64,000 nt of DNA from Acanthaster planci. Taxonomy: Eukaryota. Location of the stretch: positions 2,772,646-2,836,645 of the forward strand of contig NW_019091355.1 in assembly GCF_001949145.1 (NCBI RefSeq). Reading direction: 5' to 3'. Below, in pieces: positions 1-13,889 of this stretch. The first letter of the stretch is position 1. Each line of letters starts with the position of its first letter. The notes under the pieces were generated by a model that saw only the letters and a program-made list of their open reading frames with translations, made no database searches and was not told the origin of the DNA. Both the position numbers and the translations under genes were made by a program.

Positions 1-1191
1 AGACCAGCTTGGAGTTGAGGCTGCTGAACGGCACCACGTCGTACTCGCTGTGCAGCGGCTTGTGCATGTCAATCTTAGCCATCTGCTGCCGGACAAAATC
101 TGAGAGGTCATCGTGGGTGTCCACGTCGCTGGAGCGCTGGGCCCGTATCCCGCCCTCCACCTCCTTGTACTTTTGGGGCTCCTCCACCTGCTGGGTGCCA
201 CCGGCCTGGTGCTTCTTGAGCTCCCGCTTCAGCTCCCGGATCTGCTGCTTCAGGGACGCCACCTCCTGGTTGTGCTTCTCCTCTTGCTCACTGAGGGAGG
301 CGATGCAGTCGTCATGGTACTGGATGTCGCGAGATCTCACCTGGAGGGACTGATCAACCTAGTGAAAGAAATGGATGCCGAAAATGACAAATATGGTCCG
401 ACTTCTGCAGATGAATGCAAACAATGACCTCAGAAGAAATGGTGGAAAACGAAGAGAATAATCAGAAGCGGCAGATATGAAACTATTCCAAGATGGGAAT
501 ATCTGAACTGAGGATGGGACGTTTAAATGTTTAAACAAAACAAATTCCAAATGCATTTACTGATTTTCCCAAATGTTTAAACGGAACCGCCCCTTTTTAG
601 ATGTTTGACACGTACTTTTTGGAGAAAAAGTGGATTCTAAAACAATAAACACTGCTTGTTTAAATGCCCTAACATCAGTATACATTTTTACATTGGTTAG
701 ACAATGTGCATTATTGAACTACATAATTACGCATATATGAGAACACCGAGGTAGGCGGCGGCCTCTGTAAAGTGCTGGCAGAACGTTTGAACAGTATGGG
801 AAAGTTCATATCAAATGGAAATTTCTGAACAGTAAATCCACTTTCAAATTGCCATCATAATTAGCAGTATACACGTATATCCTCATTTAGGATAAAGGGG
901 TCACCGCACCTGGTCATTCCAAAACACAGTGCACACTTTGCAACTTGCTGTACACACTTTAAAGCGTACCTGGTCCATGGGCTTTGGGACGGCCGCCTGC
1001 TGGCTGCTGCTGTTGATGCAGGTGTCCTGGTTGGCCAGCAAGAGCAGGAGGCCTAGGCAGAAGATGATGCCAAACTTGATGCAGTTCTGCAAGGAGGGCA
1101 GCCGCATCTTGCAGAGCGGCCAGCGGGCGGGAGGCTGAGGCTGCCCGTGGGAGTTGGCCATGGCCGATGGCTCTACTTGCACTTTGGACAT
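1..1191 (-). CDS. CSGALNACT: Chondroitin sulfate N-acetylgalactosaminyltransferase-like, first two coding exons (1191-970 and 358-<1); gene continues off the left edge
   Basis: Exon 970-1191 (ccacag|ATG...CAG|gtacgc, 222 nt) encodes a type II membrane anchor IKFGIIFCLGLLLLLAN; the start may be the ATG at 1191 or a downstream Met. It splices in phase 0 to tttcactag|GTT at 358. That exon reads VDQSLQVRSRDIQYHDDCIASLSEQEEKHNQEVASLKQQIRELKRELKKH...DLSDFVRQQMAKIDMHKPLHSEYDVVPFSSLNSKLV: a coiled-coil stem plus an SEYxVxPF motif as in vertebrate CSGALNACT1/2. Confidence 0.85.
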
Positions 1192-1851
1192 CTGTGGTGG
1201 AATGTTAAGAGGGCAAGGAACGGTTGATGAGCTTAGCGTATTTTCGGACTGGGAGTCCTTCGGGAAGGACGGGGTGCTTGAACTACCCACAAGAAGGGTT
1301 AGTGTTTACCATTTTCTAACGTCACATTATCAGGCCTTTTTAATGATAACTGTATGTCCTACAGGTAGCTTGCCAAAAACCCAACTTTCAAGAGAGGCGA
1401 GATATATCTTCAGCCTTTGCCAATACAACCAACTGCTACAAATACTGCTCCTTGAAATTACAGGTACTTGTAAAAATCTAATAAGTGACACCACTCCAAG
1501 GCACCACTCTCAACTGGTATTCACTGCAGCAGCAGGCCACGTACGGTGACCAAATTCAATTTAACCACACAACAGTCCTCCTCCATGGGCTTTTCAGATG
1601 TTTTATGTGCAGAACAAAGAGAGGATTACATCTGCATTCAGAGGTGGGGGGGGACAGTTAATGTTTAACCTATCTGGATGACCTGTGAATACAGACTGCT
1701 CCACATGGCCTCTCCTGCAAAATACTTCAATGTGACTCTTTACACAACACTGGCTTGATCTTTTTTTTTTTCCCTTTGCAAAATATGTCGGCCATTTTTA
1801 ATTATTTAAGGAAAGTACAGACTACTGATCAGTACACAAACCAGTTCCATG

Positions 1852-2032
1852 TGGGTAAGTCCAGAAATTAGGGGTCCAAAAGTGTGACATTTTCGTGTCC
1901 CTGTTATACACAAAAAAAGGGACACGAAAACAAATGGACCCCTAATTTCTGGACTTACCCACTTACAAAATCATTTGTCGGATGTGACGGGGGCATGATA
2001 AAACTTGGACCCGTAATTTCTGGAACCACCCA
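1852..2032. mobile_element. MITE family A (TIR TGGGTAA[G/T]TCCAGAAATTAGGGGTCCA), short copy with a second right end
   Basis: Near-perfect inverted termini at 1852 and 1961, then an extra right-end segment to 2032. Homologous to the copies at 16295-16544 and 61941-62193. Confidence 0.75.
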
Positions 2033-2791
2033 TGTACCATTCATAATTCTTCCTTTTTCCCCAAGACAAACTCACAAACATCTCACTGTAACAAACTTTC
2101 AAACATCTGCCTTTCTTTGCTCTCAAGTCTTTGAGACTTGTTCATGCTGCTATTCGGGGAAATCAATTTTTATTGGATCTGAAATCTTTCCAGCGACTCT
2201 GTAGAGATGACAACTCCTATCGTATTGGCAGCAAAGACATCTCCCTCCCCCATGACTTCAATTAAGCGATCTTCCTGATGGAAAGCCATTGGTGGACAAA
2301 CTTAGGTCACTTAGGATGGCCTGTCTTGCTGTATTAAACATGATTTAGGGAAATGGACGTCATGATTGATTTGGCAGATGGACAACCAGCAAACGTGATC
2401 ATAATTTCTTTTTCATCACCACTGCTCTTCAAGATGTAAAAAGACTCTACAGGCCCAAGAAGCAACATACACAGCAGAACAGTAACACACAGTGATCAAG
2501 AGCTAATTTTCCGCGTCTGCCAAATATATGAGGTGGTACAAACATACATGCATGTAATAAGACTTGAAGCTTGAGAAACTAGACAACCTGTGTATTTCCA
2601 GTACTTGAGTGTTCATGCAAACAGGTATGCCGGATATTTCCAAGAGTTTGCTAGGTCCTTTCACAGTTCTTGTCCTCTTGCTGCGAGCCTAATCACTGGT
2701 ATTTCTTCATTTCAGGTAACTCAGCCAGCACTGCTCCGGTACTGAACCTGTGGCCTGTTACCTAATCTCACATTTTACTTTTCCTTTGGGA

Positions 2792-3004
2792 CAGTGTTGT
2801 ATTCAAGTCCAGTCACAAGTCCTTTCACAAGTCCAGTCACAAGTCCCTTCACAAGGCCACTCATACATGCAAGCGACAGGGTGAACAATGACAAAGGAAT
2901 GCCTTTATCCCAACTCATTTGAATAGCTTGTGAATTGGCTTAAGACTGAATGGCTTGTTGTGATGGACTTACAGGGACTTGTGAGGCACTCCAATACAAC
3001 AATG
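2792..3004. mobile_element. hAT-like non-autonomous element, family B (termini CAGTGTTGTA...TACAACA(C/A)TG)
   Basis: CAG-type inverted termini, subterminal GTCACAAGT/ACTTGTGAC repeats and an internal ACAGGGTGAACAATGACAAAGGAA block shared with 16023-16178 and, inverted, 52879-53046. Confidence 0.65.
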
Positions 3005-6000
3005 CTTGGGACTAATTGGTAAAAGAATCCACAACGATGCTGTAATGGAATATGTCTGAGTTGGTACTGGATGCCGAGACTGGAAGAAAGGGCAAAGGCA
3101 GGGCTGCTTAAGGGATTGAATTGCATGAAACTTCAACACCGGACAATTATGGATGCCGGAGGGAAAAATGACAAAAAGCTGCTTCGAACACAGTAAATAA
3201 TAAATAAAGGCAACAAAAATGGTTACCATAGTAACTGTTTGATAACGCTAATTAATGCCAACCCTCTCAGCACCCTCAAATTCACGGTACTTAATAGTTT
3301 CAACACCAATTACACTTTTATTGATTTCATCAGTTACACGTAAATTCTTTATTTTTCCTTCCAAAAGTTATTTGATGGTGTAAAAGCTGGCCTAAATCAG
3401 TCAAGCACACTCTTGGAGAAAAACATACTCAATGCTGAGTTTATGTTTATCCTCTTGGATTACAGAGAAAAAAATACTACAATGGAATTGTACATGTACG
3501 TGTACATGTATGTAACTTACATGTAACATATCCAAGCATCAAAGGACATGAATGTGACAGAAAGTACCGGTACATGAAGGTGACAGAAAAGAAACGCTGG
3601 CAGGTCCCTGGAAGCAATCGTTAAATAGCAGTTTAAAAAAAAAAAAGGAAGTAATATGGTTCAATGCACTTTCACTGTACAACATACATGTACAGTGCAC
3701 ATGCCAGGTACCGGTACATGTACAGTCAAGGATTCAAAAAGTACAGTGACCTTAACCCTAACCCCCAACGGTTGTTGGCCCTAACCTTCCCCATTCTTAC
3801 AAAGTTAAACACCCATATGGGACTTTGTGCACAGAGGCTGTTGGACTTGGTTTTTCTGAGGTATGCTAAACCCAATGCAAAAGCCAGCTGTCTGGGCCTA
3901 CCAGATCTATCCCCACAGAATTAAACACTTTACCACTGTTTAATTCTGTGTGGTTGGGGAACGTTAGGGTTAATGTCGTTTCAATGATGTACATGTACAA
4001 TGTATATTCAGGCTTGTCGCTGTAAAATACAGACACACAAGACTGATCTGAATTACAAAATAATAAAGCACGGAAAAAACAGGACCCCAAATATGATACA
4101 TGTCACCATCTAAGATCTATGATTTTACAATGTACCTGTATGTATGTACGGTACATGTACATGTCTCTCTAATGACATGCTGGGGACTACAGCCTTTCTG
4201 CTATTCGTACATTCCGACCAACAACTCTCCAAAAGGTTTCAGCATGTACCAGTATGGACAGGAAGGCACCGTGCAAGCACGTCATTCAAACCTTGTTTAC
4301 AATGCATCTACCCTATGCTGAAGCTATCACCTTGTTACTCGTAGTTTTCCTGGAGGCTGACTACATAGCCAAGTCTTTTCTCGATGCTTAAGTCACCATT
4401 GCCGAGAGACATTTCTATTGTACCGGTACATTATTGACTACATGTACATGTACATGTATCGCAGTGATAGAAAAACAAAGGAAGAAATCTAAGAAATACA
4501 AGCAATCAAACGATTTAACACATAATCTCGTGACAGGAAAAGCTGTCGAGGGGAAATGATTTCCCACCAGAGTATCAGACAATATCGTGGACTACAGTAT
4601 TCCGGCAGTGCAATGAACCATCTTCTAGTGGCAGCCATGATCTTCATTACATGTACATGTCTATACAACCATCCTATCAAACATCAATCCCATATATGGA
4701 GATCCAGGAAGCATGTATATGCTCGAATCTTTAAACTGACCTTGAATTTGGCCTTGTGTGGTTTGCCCACCCATTAGAAGAAATCAAATTACCACTATTT
4801 GGCTTGAATTTCGCATGTCAGTGGGCAAGGTCTATGCTCATGTGCCAGTACATACATGTAGGCATGTACATAATATCTGCACTTCCAGTAAGGTACAGTA
4901 TCATGCACAAGGTACAACGTAAGACAAGCCTGCACCCTGTAACTCGACTATACTTTCAAGAGATCTGCTCCGCAAAACCATGACACAAGAAACCCAGATT
5001 CTACATGTTTTGGCAGTAGGGCATTTTGGTTCTCTAATGTTAGGCCAGTGTTTGATTTCATTAATGTAAGTGCAAACAAAAAAGACATTTCATAAGTGAA
5101 ACTTGGAAGTTATTTCTAATTAGTAGCATGTGTGCATTTCAAACAGACCTGTTTCTTTGGAATAAGGCAATTTTCAACCATTTCTTAACTTAAAAGGCCG
5201 TAAAAAATATGGAAGGGTACCAACTACATTTGTAATTTACTCTGTGCAAATTATTCAGGCTTCTAACAAACGAGTGGCTCTGGCGAATTTTAACCCAGTT
5301 TGTAAGGTTTGGTTGCATACAGGTGTACATGTATATGTACTGTACATGTATTTCAAGAAATCACAAGTAAATTACATGTACATGTGGGAGTAAGAGTATA
5401 ATTTATGGCTGGCCCCTTTTAAACCTTGACCTTTCATACAGTATCGTAGATGAGGAAGAACAGAGGATCAGATAGCTCGTTGGTTTCCTCTCCTTTTTGT
5501 TTTTTCACTGTACTCACTCCAACAGCCAGGTCATGAGTCATTATCTACCTACTGCAGGCTAGTCCCTGGACTCCCTGGTCAGTAATGCGCAATTCCTTTG
5601 TGTGTGTGTGTGGGGGGGGGGAACCGACTGGACTGGATGGATGTGGGGGGGGGAGTCGCCGATCACAATCTTGTAACTGTTTACATAAAGACTGTTCCAC
5701 TTGCTAAAATTTAACCGGACAAAAATGGCTACTGCACATATAAATTATTACTCAATTAACCCTTAAATACAGTCAGCAGAGTGTTGCCAGAAGCATCTAA
5801 TCTTGAAATGCATACAACTGTACATCTGGAAGATTTATTTCAAAGGACAGAACCACAAACCCAAAGAGGTTAACAAACTACTTCTTCTTTGTGGAATACT
5901 GGACAAACACCAGGATGAAACTGAAATCCGAGAGATAATAAACACACACTTACCAACTATGCAAAATGTCGCATTGCCCGCATAACTGCTTTATGAGGGA

Positions 6001-7580
6001 AAAATTTATCATTGGGGGACATTCCGAGATGCTCGGTGTCATCAATACCATCATCTCCAGATTGAGGGGCAGCGGATACCTTGAGAGAAACAGTACGGTC
6101 CCGAGGAAGCTTGTTTACATCATCAACCGGGTCCTCAGAGATGCTGGGCCGGAGCCCATCTTTAAGAGCACATCACCACGGGGCTGCAGGAGAATTACCA
6201 GAAAAGATTTGATGTCAACAACCGTGCACTGCAGATCTACTGAAGCATAGTATACTACTTGTACATAAATGTACTGTGTTGGCATGACTGCATCTGCTTT
6301 GTCAGGCCGAGTGACGGAAGCGAAAAATAACAAATCTGTGACCTAACCTGGGCTGTCTGGGGCACAAGCTAACAAAACAACTAAGCTGTACCCTTTTTTT
6401 TTTTTCTCTCTCTCTCTCTGTTTTTTCCCAGGGAGCTATTAAAGTCACTTTTAATCTGATGATATAGAGGTCTGAAGTCAGCTGTGCTGTGGCAAGAAGT
6501 CAGAGACAATGCACCGCCACCGTCTGGCACCGCTGCAGATTGATGGCCACTGGTGAACCATTGAGCCACCAGATGCTGCAGCTCAGAAGTGCAACGGGGA
6601 ACAATAAATTACAAAGGAACAAACCATGGAGGATAAACTGATGCAACTGCAACAGTTCAGAGCTCAGTTCCATGAAGCAGAGTCTTGGCCCAGAGAACAG
6701 GGCAGGGTGCCAACCGGCCAATTCCCAATAAGAGCCACAGTTACAGCTCACCACATGTTGTTTCGGAGCCACTAATGGTATTTTTCATGCAGTGATAAAT
6801 TTATACAACTTCATTCTTGCCAAGTGCTCAGGCTTTCAAGTCACCGTTTGGCTACAACTGGACACTTGTGAGTCTATATACATGTAAGGCCATGTAAAAA
6901 AAAAAAACAAATTGGTGATCATCCCTGCCCTACCCTCCAAAATGCCTCCGACCCATTTTTTAATATATTTTTAATTTTCCAAAAAATGGGAGGAAAATGC
7001 AAAAAAAAAGCACCAAAAAATTACACGATTACGGATCCCAAGTTTACCCGTCGGTCCGAGAATTGGCACATTCTCATTTCTTTGTTTTTCACTGGTTTTT
7101 AGTCTTAACCCTAACTCCCTAGGGTGTGTGCAAAATCATATTAAAATTGGAGGATTCAGGGCTGTTAGGGTTAATATAGATACAAGGTTCCTGTTATAAC
7201 AAGGTAATAGACAACAGTCCTAAGGACCTTTTAATAACAGGGTTCGACTGTACCAGTGTCTTGCATAATCTTGCCATCATTTAAACACAGGTGGACATTT
7301 CTTACCCCTCTCCTCCCTTTATGGGCAAAAAGGATGATCACCCATTTGAAGCAAGATATGGACAGAGAGAGCCCCCCCCCGCCTTTGTGTTGGTCATTGT
7401 TTGATCAGAATCTCAGGAATTCTTTACAGACTTCTAGGGGGGATGTTAGGTAACAATAGTCTAGAGTGTGTACATGGTGTATAGGGACTGGACAGGTAAG
7501 GGGTACCCCTCCGTCCCATATCTTGCCTGGTATATGATCACCAATTGTAATTTCTTACCGGTACTGGTACATGACCTAGT

Positions 7581-7880
7581 ACGTACATGTACCATTCCAT
7601 AAACATGTGCAATGTATACACATGTACAGTGTACATGTACCATTCCATAAACATGTGCAATGTATACACATGTACATGTACCATTCCATAAACATGTGAA
7701 ATGTATACACATGTACATGTACCATTCCATAATCATGTGAAATGTATACACATGTACCATTCTATAATCATGTGAAATGTATACACATGTACCATTCTAT
7801 AAACATGTGCAATGTATCCACACGTACATGTACCATTCCATAAACATGCGCAATGTACATGTATACACGTACATGTATAT
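7581..7880. repeat. Tandem repeat, variable unit built on ACATGTACCATTCCATAAACATGTG(C/A)AATGTATAC
   Basis: About seven imperfect adjacent copies are visible directly. Confidence 0.9.
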
Positions 7881-10800
7881 ACCACACCAGTAGGCCTACC
7901 CAGTTGATACCCCAGACCTGGGGGTTTATTTTTATTAATAACAAAATTTCATTGTGCAGTGTAAAGTACAGCCAAATGTTTAACAGTGAATCATTTTCTA
8001 CATGTAGCACATCCTAAACTTCCCAAGAAAGCTGAGGTGACATGTGTTAGGGGTGAGATTGACCAATGATAAAAATAGCTGAAAACAGCTGAAAAAGTCA
8101 TAAAGAAGCTGAACTGTGAAAATCTCCTATACTTTTGTACACAGCCAGTGAGGGAAAAAAAGTTGAAATCCCAAACAGAAAAAGCTGAAATCAGCTAAAA
8201 TGCTGAGTAATCTCATCCCGGCCACATGTACACACCATGTCATGAAAACTGTGTACAAATCGAATCCTAACCACTCATCCAATGCCACAAATCCAACGTG
8301 AGTGACCCCTTATGATAATGTGTCAGCTACATGTACATGTAAGACATTTATGATCCCCGCATAAATTTCAATCTAACACACAGGAGCCTGCCCTTGAAAT
8401 ATTCTAAAGGTCTCAACATTTCCTGGGGGGGAGGGTTGTAATGAGTATGGGGACAGGTGAGGATGCATTCATCAAGACGCCCCTCAAAGCCACTAGTTTG
8501 TACTGGTAACGTAAACATGTCATCCCACGGACTAATGAAAGGTCTGATTCCATCGATGTGTAGTCACGCATGAATCACATCGGCCTCTCCTTCCTGACGA
8601 GCTTTTACACCACTGTGGGAACTATGCACGCAGCAGCGGCAGCACGCTTCAATTCATTAGGCAAACTCACACAGGAACAGAATGTTGACATGCCGGTCAT
8701 CTCTCGCACAAAGTGTGAGAAGTTGTCGGGCAAATAAGTACATGTAAACATGTGTATAGGTATGCATGCCAGATACAAGAGACTTTTCCATCACACTGCA
8801 CGTGGGCTTTTCAGAATCTATTACATATATCAACTTCAGGGCAAACAAAGCAAGCATTTTGCCATTTGAAAATGGGGTGTCTGCATTTGATTTGCAATGA
8901 AAAAAATAAAACCAGGATATCCTTGGAAGGTTTTATAAGCAAAGGCTTACATTGTAAGCTGTACAATGTATTGGTGTAACCAAAAAAAAACAAGAATGGC
9001 TTCCTGGTGGGTTTCTTTAAAAAAAAAGATGCTGGGACATCGCTTTACATGAAGCTAAAACACTGGCAACAGGGATAAAAGCATAAAAAAATTGTGTTCT
9101 TTTGAGGGTACCAACATTCGCTTCACTTTCATGTTTACACAAACAGCATCTCAACTAACTGAAAAGTCAACTTACGTGTACATCAGTCTCCGTCAAGAAA
9201 CTTTCCTAAGAAAGCTTAAAAATATTCTGAGGCGATACATGGACGGGACCTCAGAAACAAGTGCTGTGGGGCTGACATCGCTTTAACAGTCACAAAAACA
9301 CAATTTCTCACAATTTCTCAAGCCCCCAGACATGACCTGAAGCACATGTGTATTTTCCCCTCACCCAAATCCCCCTTTTACTTTCAGCCAGGGAGGTTAC
9401 GGCTTCTAATCTGTAATATTCCAGGATGACTTGCCCCATGTCAGTCAACGGGCCCCTTGTGGAAATATCAACTAACCCTGAGGATCATAGGAGTTTTTCA
9501 CCTTTGCTGAATTGGGCTTGGCTACTATCTACAGGAAACACTAAAGCTTCAAGTTTCTGAAAAAAAAAGAATGCCAGCAAATTTGGCTAAAAAGTAATCA
9601 CCTCAAATCAAATATCGTACAGCAGCCCTGGGTAAATACTCTTACATGTACATGTACACGTACTTCAAAACCTTGGCCGTGCAGAGGTCAAAATATAATA
9701 ATAGACTTACACTGCACACCAAGTACCCGGTTAAGTTGTAAGTTCAACTATCACTAATAATTCAACCATGATTTCTGGTGCACTGAGTGTGCACTCAGTG
9801 ACTCAAATCTCCGACAAAAATGCAGAATTGTACATGTATGGATGTAGGAAAGGTTTTCTGTTAAGGTTTTATTCAAAACTACCAGTGCTTTACGATTCAG
9901 TTTTGTATCAAACTTTTTTGTTATCAACCCGTCGCAATCTACACTTTAAAACTGACTTGCTATTATCAACACAGTTAACTGTGGTTTGCCTAGACAATAA
10001 GTCTGCTCAACTAATGTTTTACTCTGCCTCAGTCAGCCAAGTATTGGCGATACAAACAGCTCATGTTGCTTCCTGAAAGCTTAATATTTACTGTACTCAT
10101 CACAGCTGGGTTGAAAGTCTGCTTTGACAGGGAGGATTCATTTCAAACTGTGCACGTCAGCACTTTCTGGCTCTGAAAATCCCATCAGTGAGTCAATCCA
10201 AGGTCTGCCTAATACTGGACCAGGCAGGAACCACATGAAGCCTGACATTAATAGGTATGTTACACCAATGGCCCATAAAATATATCTCTGCAAACAGGAA
10301 GCCTGTGTATGACACCTGGCCTGCTGCCTACAAAATGTACATGTATGCATGCATACAGGTTACAGGTATATCTAACAGCAAGTACTCCATGTTCCCGTTC
10401 AGTCGACTCTCGCGATGTTATTATAATGAGAAAATTCTCTGAATCCCAATCAATCCCGGTCATATAAAATGCTTGTGTTTCCCTTGTTTTATAACGCCTT
10501 TTAAAGTTCTGGTTAAATAACAAAGTAAGTTGTGTGGTCCCTCTAACTTTGTTATAGCTGGAGCCGACTGTATTTTTAAGCAGGTCTGCATATATGCATC
10601 TCTGCAGACTTGGCCTTGAACATAATGTCACACATCTTGGGCATATATCACTTGAATGAATCATAGTATGGGGGTGCATGTACTAGGCAATGTGGTTTAC
10701 TGTACCGCCATGCTGTATTATGTACAATGTGTAACCAAACGAGAAAACAACCGAAAGCTCTGAACAAAAGCATACAAAATCTCCACCCTACATGCCTACA

Positions 10801-12752
10801 TTCCCCTTGAGTCACACAACCGGATGACTGAGACAACCTTTCTAAAAAGTTGATGTACACTACTCAAAATAAAGCTAAGGACCACTTTTTTCTTTCTTTG
10901 TAATTTTTTTTCCAAGCGACGAGTGGGGTCCTGTTTTTTCATTTTGTCTAGATAGTGTTCTCTTTTGAAGAAAACATTTTTTAAATGTTTCAAAACATCA
11001 AATGCACATCTTCAGCAGTAAAATATATCATATAAAAAAGGATACACAGAATAAAAAGTGATCAACTTTTCTTGAGCAAGGTATATTTGTATGTATAGAT
11101 ACATTCATGTACATGTGTGTATATAAATGAGCATATTCTTCCCATTTAAATTAAATCACTTGGTTTCTCAGAAAAGACGTTGAGGAAACCTTTCCACCTG
11201 TTTTTTTCTGTATCGATCATCACAGTAACTCATGTAGAACTACTCAGAACATAACACACCTGTACAAATAATTGCTGTACGACCATTGTATTCATGAAAC
11301 AACGGCTGAACAACTTTTAGAGGTCACACAAAACTACATTATGTATGTGCTGCATTACCAAGAGTCCATCCACAATTGCTCCGCCCAAAATGTGGGGATA
11401 GTCACTTCAGTTAAGGTGACAATCTCCAGACATGTGCAGGCTGCTCATTTCATTTAGTACGCAAGTAAAAACATGTGCGTGTACCTGTGAGTGCCTGATC
11501 CCTACCCTGGGGATTGAAAAGCATGACAAAACTCTGGCATTCACTGAAAGACCTGAGGCATGAACATGAGGGTGGGGAAGAGTGGGGCAGGTGGGAGGAA
11601 GCAATTGTTAGGTGAGAGTATTCTTCAAGAACAGAACAATTTCTATGTCCATCCCCCCCGATACACCACAATTTCAATGTCAATTTAGCAATGCTTGCAC
11701 TTCTGCATCTTGAATTTTAGGAGCCCCCCCCCAGTTTTTTGTCATTTCAATCTTTCAAAACTGGTCAGTCCCCTGAAAAAACAAAGGCAACACTCTCTTT
11801 ATCGCACTGACCATATGTATGGAAATTTCAAAATGTAAATTGTGAGAAAATGTGACTTTCTTACTGATAAACCAGCCACGCAAATTTGAATCCACCATGT
11901 GTCTTGTGTTAAAACGTTCCCAATTTTCCCTCATAATTTCCCTCAAAAATCAAAACTCTCACTCTGCTCTCTTTTCACATCAATCTAACAGTTATTGAGC
12001 ATGGTAAAAAAAAAACTATCATAGTCATCTACCTCTTGAGGTGAATCCAAAAGTTAAAATGTACAATGTACGTGTAGGCCTAGGTCTCCCTTCTAATAGG
12101 AACTGGTCCTAAAATATACAGCCCCCAAATTTACTGTAGTCTTGGTCTAGGCTTACGCCATACATGTAAGTCTTCCTTGTAAACTGCCAGGCCAACATTA
12201 CCAACTGGCATGATGACTAGACTAAGGCTCAACCCTCCAGTTTTTTTGCAGTCTAAGTTGAGTAACAGTTTCATAAACACTACACTTTTTCCAGCCAGGA
12301 CATGTACATGTAGGCCCAGTACCGGTCCTTAGATGTACATGTACATGTGTACATGTACTGTACATGTACACGTTAGTACATGCCTTACGTACATGTATAC
12401 ATGTTCAATGGAAGAGGTATAATTTCGAGTGGCCGGCGGCATGGATCTTTTCCTAGTACCTCCATGCTCTAGTCTAACCATCTGAGCTAATCACAACTTG
12501 AGTTACAATGCACTTTCATGGAAGATATTAAAGAAGGGCAAAATTAAACAGCAGTGTTTCATACATACGTGTACATGTACAATGTACATTCAAGGTGTTT
12601 GCCTATCTAGAAGCCATCAATTTCTTCAACCACGGCCAAACCAGTCATGTCAAATGGTCAACGGGGCAGCCGTCGCAGGTCTAGTTGTACATGTATACAC
12701 GTCACGTCACGCGTCCGTCCGGCCGTAACGTAAGAACACCGTTTGCACTTAC

Positions 12753-12990
12753 GGAAGTGTGGAGAGCGGCCTCATTTGGTGGACAGACTCCAAGGTCACA
12801 CAATCACAACCAGGCAGGGTTTCAGTTATTTTCAGCCCCGATCAGATATGAATGAAATTTAAGCAGGTGACATTTGCTGGATGAGAAACGGACTGGTCTC
12901 CTTCACCTCTCCTATTCTCGGCACGCGTCGATTTTACGCGCTGACGCCACTGCACGTGCTCCCGGCCCGGCCCGTCCAGGGGCGTATGGG
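12753..12990 (-). promoter_or_regulatory. Candidate promoter and non-coding first exon of the CSGALNACT-like gene
   Basis: CpG/GC-rich island with a strong minus-strand donor (CC|GTAAGTG, GT at 12752-12751). It sits just downstream of the FYVE-ARM gene's putative poly(A) signal. The first coding exon at 1191 begins at an acceptor, so an upstream exon is required. Confidence 0.45.
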
Positions 12991-13883
12991 GGGGGGAAGT
13001 TGCCCCCCCCCCGACACTGCCAATTTCGTTTTCTTCTTCCTTCTTTATAGATCTTTTCAGGATGTTGAAAAAAGTAATTTAGAAACGGTACTATCGCATT
13101 TTCTCCAGGGAGTCTTTTTATTTTTTTACCAATGGAAAAAAAAGTCGTTTTCTCACACAAAATCCCACTGCCCCCCCCCCATCTGGACATGCCAGCTTCC
13201 GTCCAGCTTTTTCTTTTTTTCGCGCCAACGGGAACTTTGTACCATTATGTTTGGTATCGAAACACTTGTCTGATTATGGTCAACCGCAGACATCCCCGAC
13301 TTAAAGGGGGTGGGGTGTGCCCCCGGAGACAGGTTGACATTCTTAGTACAATTTGAAAGCGCCACCATTTTAGAAACGGTACTACATGTACCAACTTTGT
13401 TTGACGGGTTGTAGGAAATTCTGTTCCAGATAAGAGAAAAATTAATGGTCTTTTTGGGGGAGTGGGGAAATCATTTGCCCGCCCCCTCCTCCCCTACACA
13501 TGTACAAGCCTACTGCAACTAAGTTACTTTTCAATCATTAGATGCAACATCTGTCGACAAGAAAACCGAGGTATTTATGCAAAGCAGCGGTGAAAGTTGC
13601 CCCGAAGACATGTTGACTTTTTCGTTTCAGAATTTGAAAGTCCCATCTTTTTTTTTTTTTGAGGGAGAAGGTTGGAAATGACAAATAAAATTGAGAAGTG
13701 AGGATATCCTCTTTGCATTCTCTGTCTCACTTCAGGTGTGATTATGACAATTGTTACATCCTCGTTCTGACGCACAAATCAATGGAATTTCACTGCAGCA
13801 CATTTTGACGAAAACGAAATGGACTGAAGAGAACATTGAGTAGTTACAGAGAAATTTAACCACAAGATGAAAGCATACACTGT

Positions 13884-13889
13884 TTTATT
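13884..13889 (-). other. Candidate poly(A) signal (AATAAA) of the FYVE-ARM gene; implies a 3' UTR of about 2 kb
   Basis: TTTATT on the plus strand, at the distal end of an AT-rich tract that follows the stop codon at 15888. Confidence 0.35.

Noticed and set aside
9..427. Plus-strand ORFs 9-353 and 113-427
   Set aside because: They are antisense shadows of the GC3-rich CSGALNACT exon on the minus strand.
12301..12403. Dense ACATGT/TACATGTA palindromic runs, here and throughout the window
   Set aside because: Dispersed low-complexity simple repeat with no spacer structure or positional pattern.
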